Shown here piece after piece: positions 26,056 through 35,471 of a stretch of DNA of 64,000 nt (the stretch's first letter is position 1; every line of letters starts with the position of its first letter). The stretch is from Myxococcota bacterium (GTDB taxonomy: Bacteria; Myxococcota_A; UBA796; CAJQPC01), in assembly GCA_036012755.1 (NCBI GenBank), contig DASCPX010000016.1:128001-192000 (forward strand), written 5' to 3'. Made by a program: the position numbers and the translations under genes. A model generated the notes under the pieces. It ran no database searches. It was not told where the DNA came from and saw nothing but the letters and a program-made list of their open reading frames with translations.

Positions 26056-28182
26056 ATGCTGATCGCGCTTTGCGCCCTGTTGTCCGACGACGTCCGTGCC
26101 GACGAGGGCATGTGGCTGCCCGAGCAGCTCCCCGACATGGGCGAGGAGCTCGCCGGCATGGGCCTGGAGCTCTCTGCCGAGCAGCTCGCCGACACCAGCC
26201 AGGCGCCGCTGGGGGCCATCGTGAGCTTCGGCGAGTACTGCTCGGCGAGCTTCATCTCTGCCGATGGGCTCATCGGCACCAACCACCACTGCGTCACGGG
26301 GCTGCTCCAGTTCAACTCGGACGCCGAGCACGACTACGGCACCGACGGCTACCTCGCCGAGACCCGCTCGGACGAGCTCTCCGGAGGCCCCACGGCTCGG
26401 GCCTACGTGGTCGACGACATCACGGACGTCACGGAGTCGGTGAAGGCCAAGGTCCGCCGCTGGACCAAGGACAAGAAGCGCTACGAGCTGGTCGAAGAGG
26501 CCAAGAAAACCCTCGTGGCCGAGTGCGAGGAGACCCCGAACCACCGCTGCCTCGTCGCCGAGTACTACGGCGGTCGACAGTACCGGCTCATCTCGCGGCT
26601 GGAGATCAAGGACGTGCGAGTCGTCTACGCTCCGCCCGACTCGGTCGGGAACTACGGGGACGAGATCGACAACTGGATGTGGCCGCGCCACGCGGGCGAC
26701 TTCTCCCTGGTGCGGGCATACGTCGCCCCGGATGGCTCCAGCGCCGAGTACAGCGAGGACAACATCCCCTACTCCCCGCCTCACCACCTCCAGATCGACG
26801 CCACCGGCGGGGCTGACGGGGAGTTCGTGATGGCCGCCGGATACCCCGGCCGCACCTACCGCTACCGGACCGCGCGCTCGATGGCGTTCTCGGCCGAGAC
26901 CGCCTACCCCCACGGTGTCCAGATGGCGGACGACATCCTCGCCATCCTCCACGCCGAGTCCGCCAAGGACCCGGAGGGTGCCGCGCGGCTCAAGGCCCCC
27001 ATCGGCTGGATCTCCAACGGCCGCAAGTACCGCCAGGGCAACCTGGACAACTTCCAGGGCTCCGGCGTCGTCGAGCGCAAGAACAAGCAGTGGGCCGAGC
27101 TCGTCGCGTGGGTCGAGGCGGATCCGGTCGACACGAAGATCTATGGCCCGGTGCTGGGGGAGATGGAGGCCATCCAGATCGAGGACGAGGCGCTCTACGA
27201 GCAGGAGGTCACCCTCGGCTACATGATGTGGCTCGCCAGCCAGCTCGACGCGGCCCACACGGCCTACCGGTGGTCCATCGAGCGGGACAAGTCCGATCTG
27301 GAGCGCGACAGCGGCTACCAGGATCGCGACCGCGAGCAGACGGAGCAGTGGTTCGCAGAGGCGCAGGAGACCACCTGGATCCCGGCGGATCGCGTCCTGC
27401 TCGGCCACTTCCTGGGCCGCATGCAGGCCCTCCCAGAGGACAAGCATCCCGAGGCGCTGGATGCCTGGCTCGAAGAGATGGGTGGCGTCGAGGCGGCCCT
27501 GGAGATCCTCTACGCAGAGGGCAACCTCCTCACCGCAGACCAGATGGCTGCGCGCCTCGATCTCGGCGCCGCCGAGCACCGGGCGGACGAAAACCCGTGG
27601 ATGCAGCTCGCCATCGCGTTGGAAGACGGCTTCCTCGCGCCGAAGCGGGAGCTCGACGAGACGCGCCAGGGTGCCTGGCTTCGCCTCATGCCGCTGTACA
27701 TGGAGGCTCTGCGCCAGAGCCGGGAGCAGGTCTACCCGGACGCCAACAACACCCTGCGCCTGACCGTCGGCCACGTGAAGGGCTACCGGCCGGCCGACGC
27801 GGTGATCTACGAGCCGAACACGACGCTCTCGGGCATGGTCGCCAAGCGTGGTGACTGGCCCTTCGACGCCCCCGAGCGCCTCGTCGAAGCGGCCGCTGAC
27901 GTCGAGGACAGCCGCTGGTACGACGCGGAGCTCGGGGACGTGCCTGTCTGCTTCCTGAGCACCCTGGACTCGACCGGCGGCAACTCGGGCTCGGCCACGC
28001 TCAACGCACAGGGGCAGCTCGTCGGCTTCCTCTTCGACGGCAACTACGAGTCCATGAGCGCCGACTGGCTCTTCGACGACGCCGTGACCCGCTCGATCCA
28101 CGTCGACATCCGCTACGTGCTCTGGATCCTCGAGACCGAAGGCGCCACGCACATCCTCGATGAGCTGGACATCTCCGAGTGA
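26056..28182 (+). CDS. S46 family dipeptidyl-peptidase
   Basis: ADEGMWLP, TNHHC, DNWMWPRHAGDF, GYPGRT, TGGNSGS, FDGNYES. Confidence 0.95.
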   Translation: MLIALCALLSDDVRADEGMWLPEQLPDMGEELAGMGLELSAEQLADTSQAPLGAIVSFGEYCSASFISADGLIGTNHHCVTGLLQFNSDAEHDYGTDGYLAETRSDELSGGPTARAYVVDDITDVTESVKAKVRRWTKDKKRYELVEEAKKTLVAECEETPNHRCLVAEYYGGRQYRLISRLEIKDVRVVYAPPDSVGNYGDEIDNWMWPRHAGDFSLVRAYVAPDGSSAEYSEDNIPYSPPHHLQIDATGGADGEFVMAAGYPGRTYRYRTARSMAFSAETAYPHGVQMADDILAILHAESAKDPEGAARLKAPIGWISNGRKYRQGNLDNFQGSGVVERKNKQWAELVAWVEADPVDTKIYGPVLGEMEAIQIEDEALYEQEVTLGYMMWLASQLDAAHTAYRWSIERDKSDLERDSGYQDRDREQTEQWFAEAQETTWIPADRVLLGHFLGRMQALPEDKHPEALDAWLEEMGGVEAALEILYAEGNLLTADQMAARLDLGAAEHRADENPWMQLAIALEDGFLAPKRELDETRQGAWLRLMPLYMEALRQSREQVYPDANNTLRLTVGHVKGYRPADAVIYEPNTTLSGMVAKRGDWPFDAPERLVEAAADVEDSRWYDAELGDVPVCFLSTLDSTGGNSGSATLNAQGQLVGFLFDGNYESMSADWLFDDAVTRSIHVDIRYVLWILETEGATHILDELDISE

Positions 28183-28256
28183 TCCCGGTCCTCGCGCTCG
28201 CCCTTGGAGAGCCGCTGGTCCTGAGCCAGGTCACCCTCGGACCGCCGAAACGCTAG

Positions 28257-29078
28257 GTGTACCGCCTCCTGGTCCTGGACCTCGACGGCACGATCCTCGA
28301 CAGGGAGGGTCGGCTCGCCGACAGGGACGTCGCCGCCGCTCACGCCCTTCGGGATCGTGGGATCGGCGTCACTCTCTGCACGGGCCGCCTCTTCACCGGC
28401 ACCCAGTGGGTCGCGCAGGAGCTCGGCGTGCGGGGCTCGGTGGGGGTGGCCAACGGCAGCGAGCTCATCGACGCCGACAGCGGCGAGACCCGCCACGGCG
28501 TCTACGTCGATCGGGACGCCCGGATGCTGGCCCGGGAGCTGTTGGAGGCATCGTCCCTGACGCCCTTGTTGTTCTCCTCGCGCACCATCCACCTGGGGCG
28601 GGCATCGCAGTGGCGGGCGCCCTACCTCAGCGTCTGGACCCCTCGAATCCAGCTCCACGACGAGCTGCTCGAGGCCTCGGCCTGGGATGACGAGGACATC
28701 GTCGCCGTCAGCGCCGTCGGAGAGGCTGCGGCCATCGAGGACCTTCGTCGCCGACTCCACCGGGAACTCCCCGGCGAGCACATCAGCTTCTGCTTCGGCA
28801 CCTCTGGAGGCGAGAGCTTCCTGGAGCTTCGGCGCGGTGGCGAGGACAAGGGCACCGCGCTGGTTCGCCTGGCCTCCGAGCGCGCCCTCGGCCCGGAAGA
28901 GACCGTGGCCGTCGGGGACTGGCTCAACGACCTCCCGATGTTCGAGCGCGCCGGCCGCTGTTTCGCCATGGGCCAGAGCACCCCAGAGGTGAAGGCCGCC
29001 GCCGGCGAGGAGCTCGAAGCCGAGCACAGCGGGGCCATCGCCGAGGTCGCCGAGCGCGTCTGGGGGATCCGCGCCTGA
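28257..29078 (+). CDS. Cof-type HAD-IIB hydrolase
   Basis: DLDGT, CTGR, NGS, DKG, GDWLNDLPM. Confidence 0.92.
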   Translation: MYRLLVLDLDGTILDREGRLADRDVAAAHALRDRGIGVTLCTGRLFTGTQWVAQELGVRGSVGVANGSELIDADSGETRHGVYVDRDARMLARELLEASSLTPLLFSSRTIHLGRASQWRAPYLSVWTPRIQLHDELLEASAWDDEDIVAVSAVGEAAAIEDLRRRLHRELPGEHISFCFGTSGGESFLELRRGGEDKGTALVRLASERALGPEETVAVGDWLNDLPMFERAGRCFAMGQSTPEVKAAAGEELEAEHSGAIAEVAERVWGIRA

Positions 29079-29126
29079 GGGTTCGGGGCGCTGCCCACCA
29101 GCCTCGATGGCTGATACTCGGGGTTC

Positions 29127-29627
29127 ATGCCCCCCAAGAAGAAGAAGCGAAGCCGAGCAGAGGCGCTGGTCGTGCTGTTGTTCTGCGCGCCGATCGCGTT
29201 GTTCGCCGGGCGCGAGACCGCCAGCTACGCCGACGCGCTGTTCTGGCGGGCGGGCATGCTGCCCTCTCACGACATCGTCGAGGCCGAGGTCGTCCACAAG
29301 GAGCGGATCACCCGGCGAGCGAGCCGTCCGGAGCAGCTCCTGCTGACCTGGGCCTGGGTCGATGAGGAGGGCGAGCACCAGGACCTCCAGCCCGTGGCGG
29401 CGAGCACCTATGACCGCACGGACATCGGCGACTCCATCACCGTCCTCGTCGACGAGGGGGGCCAGAGCATCATCTCGGGCTGGAAGGACAACGGCGAGCG
29501 GCTCTTCTACGACGCCGCCATCACCGGGGTGCTCGGGCTGCTCACGCTGGTCTTCGGGCTCGCCGGACTGGGGGGCATCAAGCGGCTCTTCAGCGGTAGA
29601 GCTCCACCCAGTCGCGGAGGTAGCTAG
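29127..29627 (+). CDS. Two-TM membrane protein (DUF3592-like layout)
   Basis: TM - beta-rich loop (IGDSITVLVD) - TM. Confidence 0.6.
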   Translation: MPPKKKKRSRAEALVVLLFCAPIALFAGRETASYADALFWRAGMLPSHDIVEAEVVHKERITRRASRPEQLLLTWAWVDEEGEHQDLQPVAASTYDRTDIGDSITVLVDEGGQSIISGWKDNGERLFYDAAITGVLGLLTLVFGLAGLGGIKRLFSGRAPPSRGGS

Positions 29628-30819
29628 GCCGCGCCTCGATCCAGTTGCGCATGCACTGGAGCTCGTTTTCGCGCTGGAGCTCGCTGTACCAGCTCCGCGT
29701 GTCCTGGGAGGAGAGCTCGTCGATGAGCACCAGGCGCTCCTCCATCGTGGCGACGAGGTCGGCCTCTTCCATGCGATCGGCGTGGTCCAGCAGGCCATCG
29801 AAGATGAGGTCCCTACACTCGACGTCGCTCCAGCAGCGGCTCGTGAGGTAGCCGTTGGAGTGATCGGCCGGGTTCGTGCCCAGCTCGCCGCAGTGGGGGG
29901 AGGCGGACCAGGGGTACCAGCCGAAGGCCAGGTCGGTGCTCCACGGGGTCCAGTGGAAGCGCCCGGTCGAGGGCACGTGGTGGACCCGGTAGTTGTTGAT
30001 GTTCCAGCCGTAGTTGTCGTAGTGCGCGATGGCCATCTCGGCTGTGATCTGGCGGATGAACTCGTCCCAGTCGACGAGCTCTGCCGTGGCCTCCTTGAAG
30101 TCCGTCGCCGTGGCGGCCTCGCAGAGCTCGAACAGCGCCAGGGTGTCGCCCTCGGTGTCGGTCTCCCAGCAGTCGCAGCCGGCGTCGGCGAGATCGCAGC
30201 CGTAGTTGAAGGAGCCGGCCTCCCAGGTGCCGCCGTCGCCGTCGTCGAACCAGCGGTCGTTGAAGACGCGGTTCTGCTTCTCGAGCAGAAGGTAGATGCC
30301 GTAGTCCTCGCCGTTGATGGAGAGGTGGGCATAGGCCGAGCGCGACGCCGGCACCTGCACCGTGCGGAAGTAGAGGTAGGCGAGGTGCTCGTGCAGGTTG
30401 CTCGGGTCGTAGGTCATGTTGTGGACGTAGACCGACGACAGCCCGTCCCAGTGCTGGGTCTCGACGTAGCGGTTGAAGTCCAGGATCAGCGAGGGCTTGT
30501 CGTCGATCGTGCGGTACTGGGTGTGGCCCTTCAGCCGCGCGCCGATGTCGATCTCCTCTCCGTCGTCCAGGAGCAGCTGCACCTCTGTGTAGGTCGTCGG
30601 GTTGTACTGCAGCGAGGTCCAGGCGTAGTCGCCGATCTCCAGGTGGATCGTGTGCACGTAGCTGTCGTCGAAGGTGACCTCGCCGTCGGTCCCCGGGTCG
30701 ACGCCGCCGACCTCCTCGAGTCCCGTGTCGGGCACGTACTCCTCGCCGGGCACCACGAAGACCCCGGTGGAGCCGAGGGGGACGGAGGCGGTGCAGGCGA
30801 AGAGCAGGAGCAAGGACAC
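29590..30819 (-). CDS. CotH kinase-family lipoprotein
   Basis: GARLKG, KPSLILDFN, EHLAY, YGIYLLLE, HYDNY, NNY, PWSTDLAFG; MSLLLLFAC start at GTG 30819. Confidence 0.85.
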   Translation of the reverse strand: MSLLLLFACTASVPLGSTGVFVVPGEEYVPDTGLEEVGGVDPGTDGEVTFDDSYVHTIHLEIGDYAWTSLQYNPTTYTEVQLLLDDGEEIDIGARLKGHTQYRTIDDKPSLILDFNRYVETQHWDGLSSVYVHNMTYDPSNLHEHLAYLYFRTVQVPASRSAYAHLSINGEDYGIYLLLEKQNRVFNDRWFDDGDGGTWEAGSFNYGCDLADAGCDCWETDTEGDTLALFELCEAATATDFKEATAELVDWDEFIRQITAEMAIAHYDNYGWNINNYRVHHVPSTGRFHWTPWSTDLAFGWYPWSASPHCGELGTNPADHSNGYLTSRCWSDVECRDLIFDGLLDHADRMEEADLVATMEERLVLIDELSSQDTRSWYSELQRENELQCMRNWIEARPSYLRDWVELYR

Positions 30820-30830
30820 AGGGTAGCCTC

Positions 30831-31730
30831 TCAGGGGCCGCTGACCGTGCCTTGTCCACCCGCGAAGCCGAACCAGCCCGGGAAGCTGTAGTAGTCGGCG
30901 GTGCCTCCGGGGGTGCCGCCGCTCCCGCCGGCTGCGGCGATGCGCAGGACCACCTCGCCGTCGACGGTCCACGAGGACAGGGTGCCCAGCTGTGTCTCTC
31001 CAGAGCTGATCAGCGAGACGTAGTCGGGGTTCTCGTTGTTCCAGCCCCACAGCGCCGTGGTGCTCGGCGAGCCCGAGGCGTTGTTCAGGCCCCTGATGAA
31101 GGGGATCGCCACCAGGTGGTTGAAGCTGCCGCCGCTGCAGCGGACATCCCAGGCCTCCATCGAGAACTCGCCGCTGGAGTAGGTCGTCTGGTTCCTCAGG
31201 GCGTTGGAGCCCCCGAGGAAGGCCGTGAAGTGCTCCGTGTCCGCCGAGATGGTCATCGCGTCCCGGTCGAAGACGTGGGTGTTCGCCGTGTGGTCGTCGT
31301 CCTCGTCGATGAACTCCACGACGTACCAGGCAGCGTCGGTGGTGTCGTAGTAGCCGAGCAGCACGTCCTCGTCTTCGTCCACGGTCCCGGTGACGGGGAG
31401 CGTGACGGTGACGGGCTCGGAGAAGGTCGTGTCGTCCGGGCCGAAGTCCCAGGCTGCGGTGACGACGTCGTCCGCTGGGAGCTCGACCTCGCCGTCCTCG
31501 AGCTGCCGGATCGTGATCTCGACGTCCGCATCGAGGGCTCCGGCGGGCACGGTCACCGAGGCGCCACCAGGGTGCTCGATGGTGCCGCCGTCAGGCCCGA
31601 TGACCTCTGTGACCTCGCCCTCCGGGTCACTGTCGTCGGTCTGGGAATCGTCGGTCTGGACCTCGGAGTCGTCGGTCGGCGCGACCGGATCGTCCGGATC
31701 CCCGTTGCAGGACAGGAGGAGCAGCAGCAT
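30831..31730 (-). CDS. Lipoprotein with ZU5-like domain
   Basis: MLLLLLSC; IGPDGG..VTVPAGAL..FGPDDTTFSEPVTVTLP..TEHFT. Confidence 0.72.
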   Translation of the reverse strand: MLLLLLSCNGDPDDPVAPTDDSEVQTDDSQTDDSDPEGEVTEVIGPDGGTIEHPGGASVTVPAGALDADVEITIRQLEDGEVELPADDVVTAAWDFGPDDTTFSEPVTVTLPVTGTVDEDEDVLLGYYDTTDAAWYVVEFIDEDDDHTANTHVFDRDAMTISADTEHFTAFLGGSNALRNQTTYSSGEFSMEAWDVRCSGGSFNHLVAIPFIRGLNNASGSPSTTALWGWNNENPDYVSLISSGETQLGTLSSWTVDGEVVLRIAAAGGSGGTPGGTADYYSFPGWFGFAGGQGTVSGP

Positions 31731-31767
31731 GGCCGGAGGCTACTCCTTCAGACTCCAGCTGGCGCGG

Positions 31768-32916
31768 TCAGAGCGGCGCTATCTCCTCGGAGATGCGCGA
31801 GAGGGCGACGGCTCGGATCTGCGCGCTCAGGCCGTGGCTGTCCTCGCCGGCGTGGACGATGACCAGCTCGTCGAGCTCCAGGTCCTCGATCGCGCGAGCC
31901 ATCGAGCGGGTTCGGCGGGGAGCGTCCGTGAGCTTGAACTCGAAGCCGACTCGACGCGGGGCACGCTGGACCAGCAGGTCGAGCTCGGCGCCGTCATGGG
32001 TGCGCCAGAACCAGGCCTCGCTCTCTCTCGCTCCGAGGTGGGCCAGCACCGTCCTCATCGCGAAGCCCTCGAACGAAGCGCCGCACTTGGGCGATCGGAG
32101 CAGGGCCTCTCGCGTCCCCAGGTCGAGCAGCGCGTGGAGGAGCCCGGAGTCCGTGATGTACAGCCGGGGCGACTTGACCTGCCGCTTCTTGAGGTTGGCG
32201 TGCCACGGCTGGAGCTGTCGGACGACGAAGGTGTTGGCGAGGTGGTCGAGGTAGGCCCGCACGGTCTTCGCGGACACGCCGAGCGAGCGTCCCAGCTCGG
32301 CGCCGTTCCAGAGCTGGCCATGCCAGTGGGCCAGCATCGTCCAGAACCGTCTCATCGTCGGAGCGGCCACTCCGATCCCCAGCTGGGGGAGATCCCGCTC
32401 GAGGAACGTCGTCACGAACTGCGCCCGGAGCTCCATGCTGTCTTCGTCGCTGTCGGCGAGGTAGGGCCTCGGCAGGCCGCCTCGGAGCCAACGCCGGTCG
32501 AGATCTCCGACCTCGCTCAGCTCGAAGCCGTCGACCCGGTGGAACTCGATCCTCCCCGCGAGGGTCTCGCTCGACTGCCGCAGCAGGTGAGGTGAGGCGC
32601 TGCCGAGGATCAAGAACCGGGCGGGGAGGGGCTCGCGATCGGCCAGGACGCGAAGGAGCGGAAAGAGGTCGGGACGCCGCTGGATCTCGTCCAGGATCAC
32701 CAGCCCGGTGAGCGGCCTCAACGCGAAGGACGGGTCCTCGAGCCGCGCCAGGTCTCGCGGGTCCTCGAGGTCGAAGCGCGTCACCGTGTCGTGCTCGCTG
32801 GCGACCTGCGCTGCCAGGGTCGTCTTGCCGACCTGCCTGGCTCCGAGGAGCGCAACGACAGGGCTTCGGGCGAGTCGCTTTCGGACCCGATCGAGGTGGG
32901 CGGTGCGGGGAATCAC
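31768..32916 (-). CDS. AAA_14 ATPase with DUF4143 C-terminal domain
   Basis: GARQVGKT, ILDEIQ, LGS, ETLAGR, GGLP, KSPRLYITDSG, FWRTHDGAELD..FEFK. Confidence 0.92.
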   Translation of the reverse strand: MIPRTAHLDRVRKRLARSPVVALLGARQVGKTTLAAQVASEHDTVTRFDLEDPRDLARLEDPSFALRPLTGLVILDEIQRRPDLFPLLRVLADREPLPARFLILGSASPHLLRQSSETLAGRIEFHRVDGFELSEVGDLDRRWLRGGLPRPYLADSDEDSMELRAQFVTTFLERDLPQLGIGVAAPTMRRFWTMLAHWHGQLWNGAELGRSLGVSAKTVRAYLDHLANTFVVRQLQPWHANLKKRQVKSPRLYITDSGLLHALLDLGTREALLRSPKCGASFEGFAMRTVLAHLGARESEAWFWRTHDGAELDLLVQRAPRRVGFEFKLTDAPRRTRSMARAIEDLELDELVIVHAGEDSHGLSAQIRAVALSRISEEIAPL

Positions 32917-32927
32917 CCCAGGAGCTT

Positions 32928-32966
32928 ACCCCGAGAATCGGAACCCGGGCTCCCGATTTTCGGGGT
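32928..32966. promoter_or_regulatory. Imperfect inverted repeat (terminator or operator) upstream of the ATPase
   Basis: ACCCCGAGAATCGGAA-N7-TCCCGATTTTCGGGGT, 14/16 match. Confidence 0.55.
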
Positions 32967-32969
32967 TCA

Positions 32970-33710
32970 TCACTTCGCCCGAGTCACGCAGATGCCGCTG
33001 CCCTCGAAGTGGACCGAGTTCGCGTTGCCCGAGTCGCAGGTGGAGCCCGAGTCGCTCGTGACGTGGTAGGCGGAGCAGCTCCCGGAGCGGTAGACCGGGC
33101 AGAAGTGGTGCATCTCGAGGGTGTTGTCGCCCTTCTCGAGCCAGAAGGTGCCGACGTAGATCAGCGAGGCGGGCGGTCCGCCGCCGTTGTCCGCGTCGCG
33201 CACGACCCAGTCGGAGCCGCAGTTGCCCCACCGAGGCGCCCCGCTGGGGTTCGCGCTGTTGGGGACGCGGTAGTAGGCGGACTCGTTGCGCTGGCTGGAG
33301 CCCGACTCGGCGATGTGCGAGCTGTAGATGTGGTACCAGGCAGAGGTGCCGGTGCTGACGGTGGCGTCCATCTGTGTCGGGTCCCAGGACAGGACGTAGA
33401 TCGAACTCGACGAGGTGGCCTTCGTGCCCCCGTCGCAGTCGTCGTGCCAGTCGCTCGGCGGGTCGCCGTTGGGTGGGTCTCCGAAGTCCCCGGGCGGATC
33501 GTCGTCGTCCGGAGGCTCGTCGTCGGGATCGTCCGTGTCGTCGTCCGGGACCTCCTCCTGCGGCAGGCTGTCGTGCAGGTGGTCCGTGTCACCGCCCTCT
33601 CCGCTGTCGTCGTACAAGCCGGGGGTGCGGACGGGGTGGTTGGGTTCACGGACGTCTTCCGGCGTGTGGACGCCGTAGTCCATGCAGGCGAGCAGGAGGA
33701 GACTGGACAT
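32970..33710 (-). CDS. Hypothetical lipoprotein, acidic linker plus Cys-containing beta domain
   Basis: MSSLLLLAC at ATG 33710. Confidence 0.72.
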   Translation of the reverse strand: MSSLLLLACMDYGVHTPEDVREPNHPVRTPGLYDDSGEGGDTDHLHDSLPQEEVPDDDTDDPDDEPPDDDDPPGDFGDPPNGDPPSDWHDDCDGGTKATSSSSIYVLSWDPTQMDATVSTGTSAWYHIYSSHIAESGSSQRNESAYYRVPNSANPSGAPRWGNCGSDWVVRDADNGGGPPASLIYVGTFWLEKGDNTLEMHHFCPVYRSGSCSAYHVTSDSGSTCDSGNANSVHFEGSGICVTRAK

Positions 33711-33724
33711 GTCCGATCTCCTTC

Positions 33725-33739
33725 GCAAGCCCCGTGCCA
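33725..33739 (-). promoter_or_regulatory. sigma54 (-24/-12) promoter
   Basis: TGGCACG-GGGC-TTGC, exact match to TGGCACG-N4-TTGC. Confidence 0.7.
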
Positions 33740-33771
33740 GCTTCCAACATGGCAAGAACGCAGGGTTTTTC

Positions 33772-33805
33772 TCGCAGATCGGGACATTTTTATCGCGATC
33801 TGCGA
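33772..33805. promoter_or_regulatory. Inverted repeat, candidate activator/enhancer site
   Basis: TCGCAGATCG-N14-CGATCTGCGA, perfect 10-bp arms. Confidence 0.55.
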
Positions 33806-33915
33806 CCTCTTCGTCGCTGTAGTCGGGAGACTACATCTGGATCAAACGGTGCGGCTTCTGGTATACGCTCACGCGCCCTGGTCCGCGCTGAGCCGGGAGC
33901 CCCTTTGGAGGTCCC

Positions 33916-35460
33916 ATGCTCATCGTCCTCGCGCTCGCCTGCTCGGATCAGCAGCTACACCAGATGGTCGCAGGCTCCGGCGGCGAGGGACCGCAGATCC
34001 TCGTCGAGCCCGACCTTCTCGACTTCGGCACCCTGGACGCCGACGCGGATCCCGTGATGCAGACCTTCACGATCTCCAGCGTGGGGACAGAGGGTCTCGC
34101 GCTGAAGGAAGTGCAGCTCCGCGACGGCGACTACGCCAGCTTCGAGCTCCTCACAGAGGTCGAAGCCCACGCCATGGAGCCAGGCGAGAGCATCGCGATC
34201 GACGTGCTCTTCTACCCCTGGGGCAACGACCAGGAGGCTCGCGCGGTCGTCGTGAGCAACGACGAGGACACGCCGAACTGGCCGGTGGACCTCTTCGGCG
34301 ACGCGGACGTGCCGGAGCTGGACGTGGACCCGGATCCGCTGGATCACGGCGACATCGGGGTCGGCTGCGTGCGCGAGAACATCGCCACCATCACCAGCGT
34401 CGGCGCGGCGCCGGTGACCATCTCTGCACTGGAGGTCTCCGGAGACGGCTTCACCATGCTCTCTGGTCCCACCCTCCCGCTGACGCTTCAGCCCGGGGAG
34501 ACCGCCGAGGTCGACATCGAGTTCGCCCCCAGCGTGGTCTACGACTACGAGGGTGCCCTGGTTGTGACCTCGGACGAGGCGATGGGTGTGCGCGAGGCCC
34601 TGCAGCTCGGCTCCGGCGGCGTCGACGGCAGCTACACGGACGACTGGTACATCCCCGAGGGGGACCCGCCCAGCGACATCCTCTTCTCCGTCGACGCCAG
34701 CGGCTCGATGGGCGACGATCTCTGGGACCTCGCCCAGAACTTCGAGACCTTCATCACCGAGCTCGACAACTACACGAGCGACTGGCAGGTCATCATCGGG
34801 AGCAGCGACGACGGCTGCAACTCCGGCGGCATCCTCAAGCCCACCACGGCCAACTACATCCAGACCTTCAAGGACAACATCCTCTGGGGCGGCTTCTTCG
34901 CTGACTGGACAGAGGCGCTGTTGACCATCAACGTCAACGCGATCGAGAACACCGACAGCGGCGAGTGCAACTCGGGCTTCATGCGCGACGGGGCGCTCTT
35001 GCACATCATCGACGTGACCGACGAGCCCGAGCAGTCCGTCGAGATGGGCGGCCTGCCCTGGGACGAGAACGTCCAGAAGCTCTGGGACAAGAAGGGCAGC
35101 GCCAGCCACGTGCGCATCTCGGCCATCGCGGGGCCGGTGCCTGGTGGCTGCGACTCGGCCGATCCCGCCACCGGCTACGCAGAGGCGGTCACCGCCACCG
35201 GCGGCGTGTTCCTGTCCATCTGCGACGACTGGGCCAGCGCCGCGAACCTCGCCCTGTTGGCCGCCGCCAGCGTGAACCAGTCCACCTTCGAGCTCTCCAA
35301 CCCCGCTGTCGAGAGCACGATCATCGTGAAGGTCAACGGCACCGAGCGCTACGACTGGACCTTCGACGCCGGGCGCAACGTGGTCATCTTCGACGACGAC
35401 TACCCCTCTGGTGGAGACAAGGTCGTCATCCACTACGACGGCGTCGAGAGCTGCGACTGA
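33916..35460 (+). CDS. Lipoprotein with Ig-like (ASH/choice-of-anchor D) domains and a vWA domain
   Basis: MLIVLALAC; LDFG..SND; DILFSVDASGSM MIDAS; VTDEPEQS; SICDDW; GGAGG RBS. Confidence 0.82.
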   Translation: MLIVLALACSDQQLHQMVAGSGGEGPQILVEPDLLDFGTLDADADPVMQTFTISSVGTEGLALKEVQLRDGDYASFELLTEVEAHAMEPGESIAIDVLFYPWGNDQEARAVVVSNDEDTPNWPVDLFGDADVPELDVDPDPLDHGDIGVGCVRENIATITSVGAAPVTISALEVSGDGFTMLSGPTLPLTLQPGETAEVDIEFAPSVVYDYEGALVVTSDEAMGVREALQLGSGGVDGSYTDDWYIPEGDPPSDILFSVDASGSMGDDLWDLAQNFETFITELDNYTSDWQVIIGSSDDGCNSGGILKPTTANYIQTFKDNILWGGFFADWTEALLTINVNAIENTDSGECNSGFMRDGALLHIIDVTDEPEQSVEMGGLPWDENVQKLWDKKGSASHVRISAIAGPVPGGCDSADPATGYAEAVTATGGVFLSICDDWASAANLALLAAASVNQSTFELSNPAVESTIIVKVNGTERYDWTFDAGRNVVIFDDDYPSGGDKVVIHYDGVESCD

Positions 35461-35471
35461 TCAGCCCGAGC

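Noticed and set aside
25666..28152. Long antisense ORFs (e.g. 25666..28152, 3892..6132, 55095..57290, 43604..45244, 17506..19497)
   Set aside because: Shadow frames of well-supported genes, expected in high-GC DNA; no recognisable motifs
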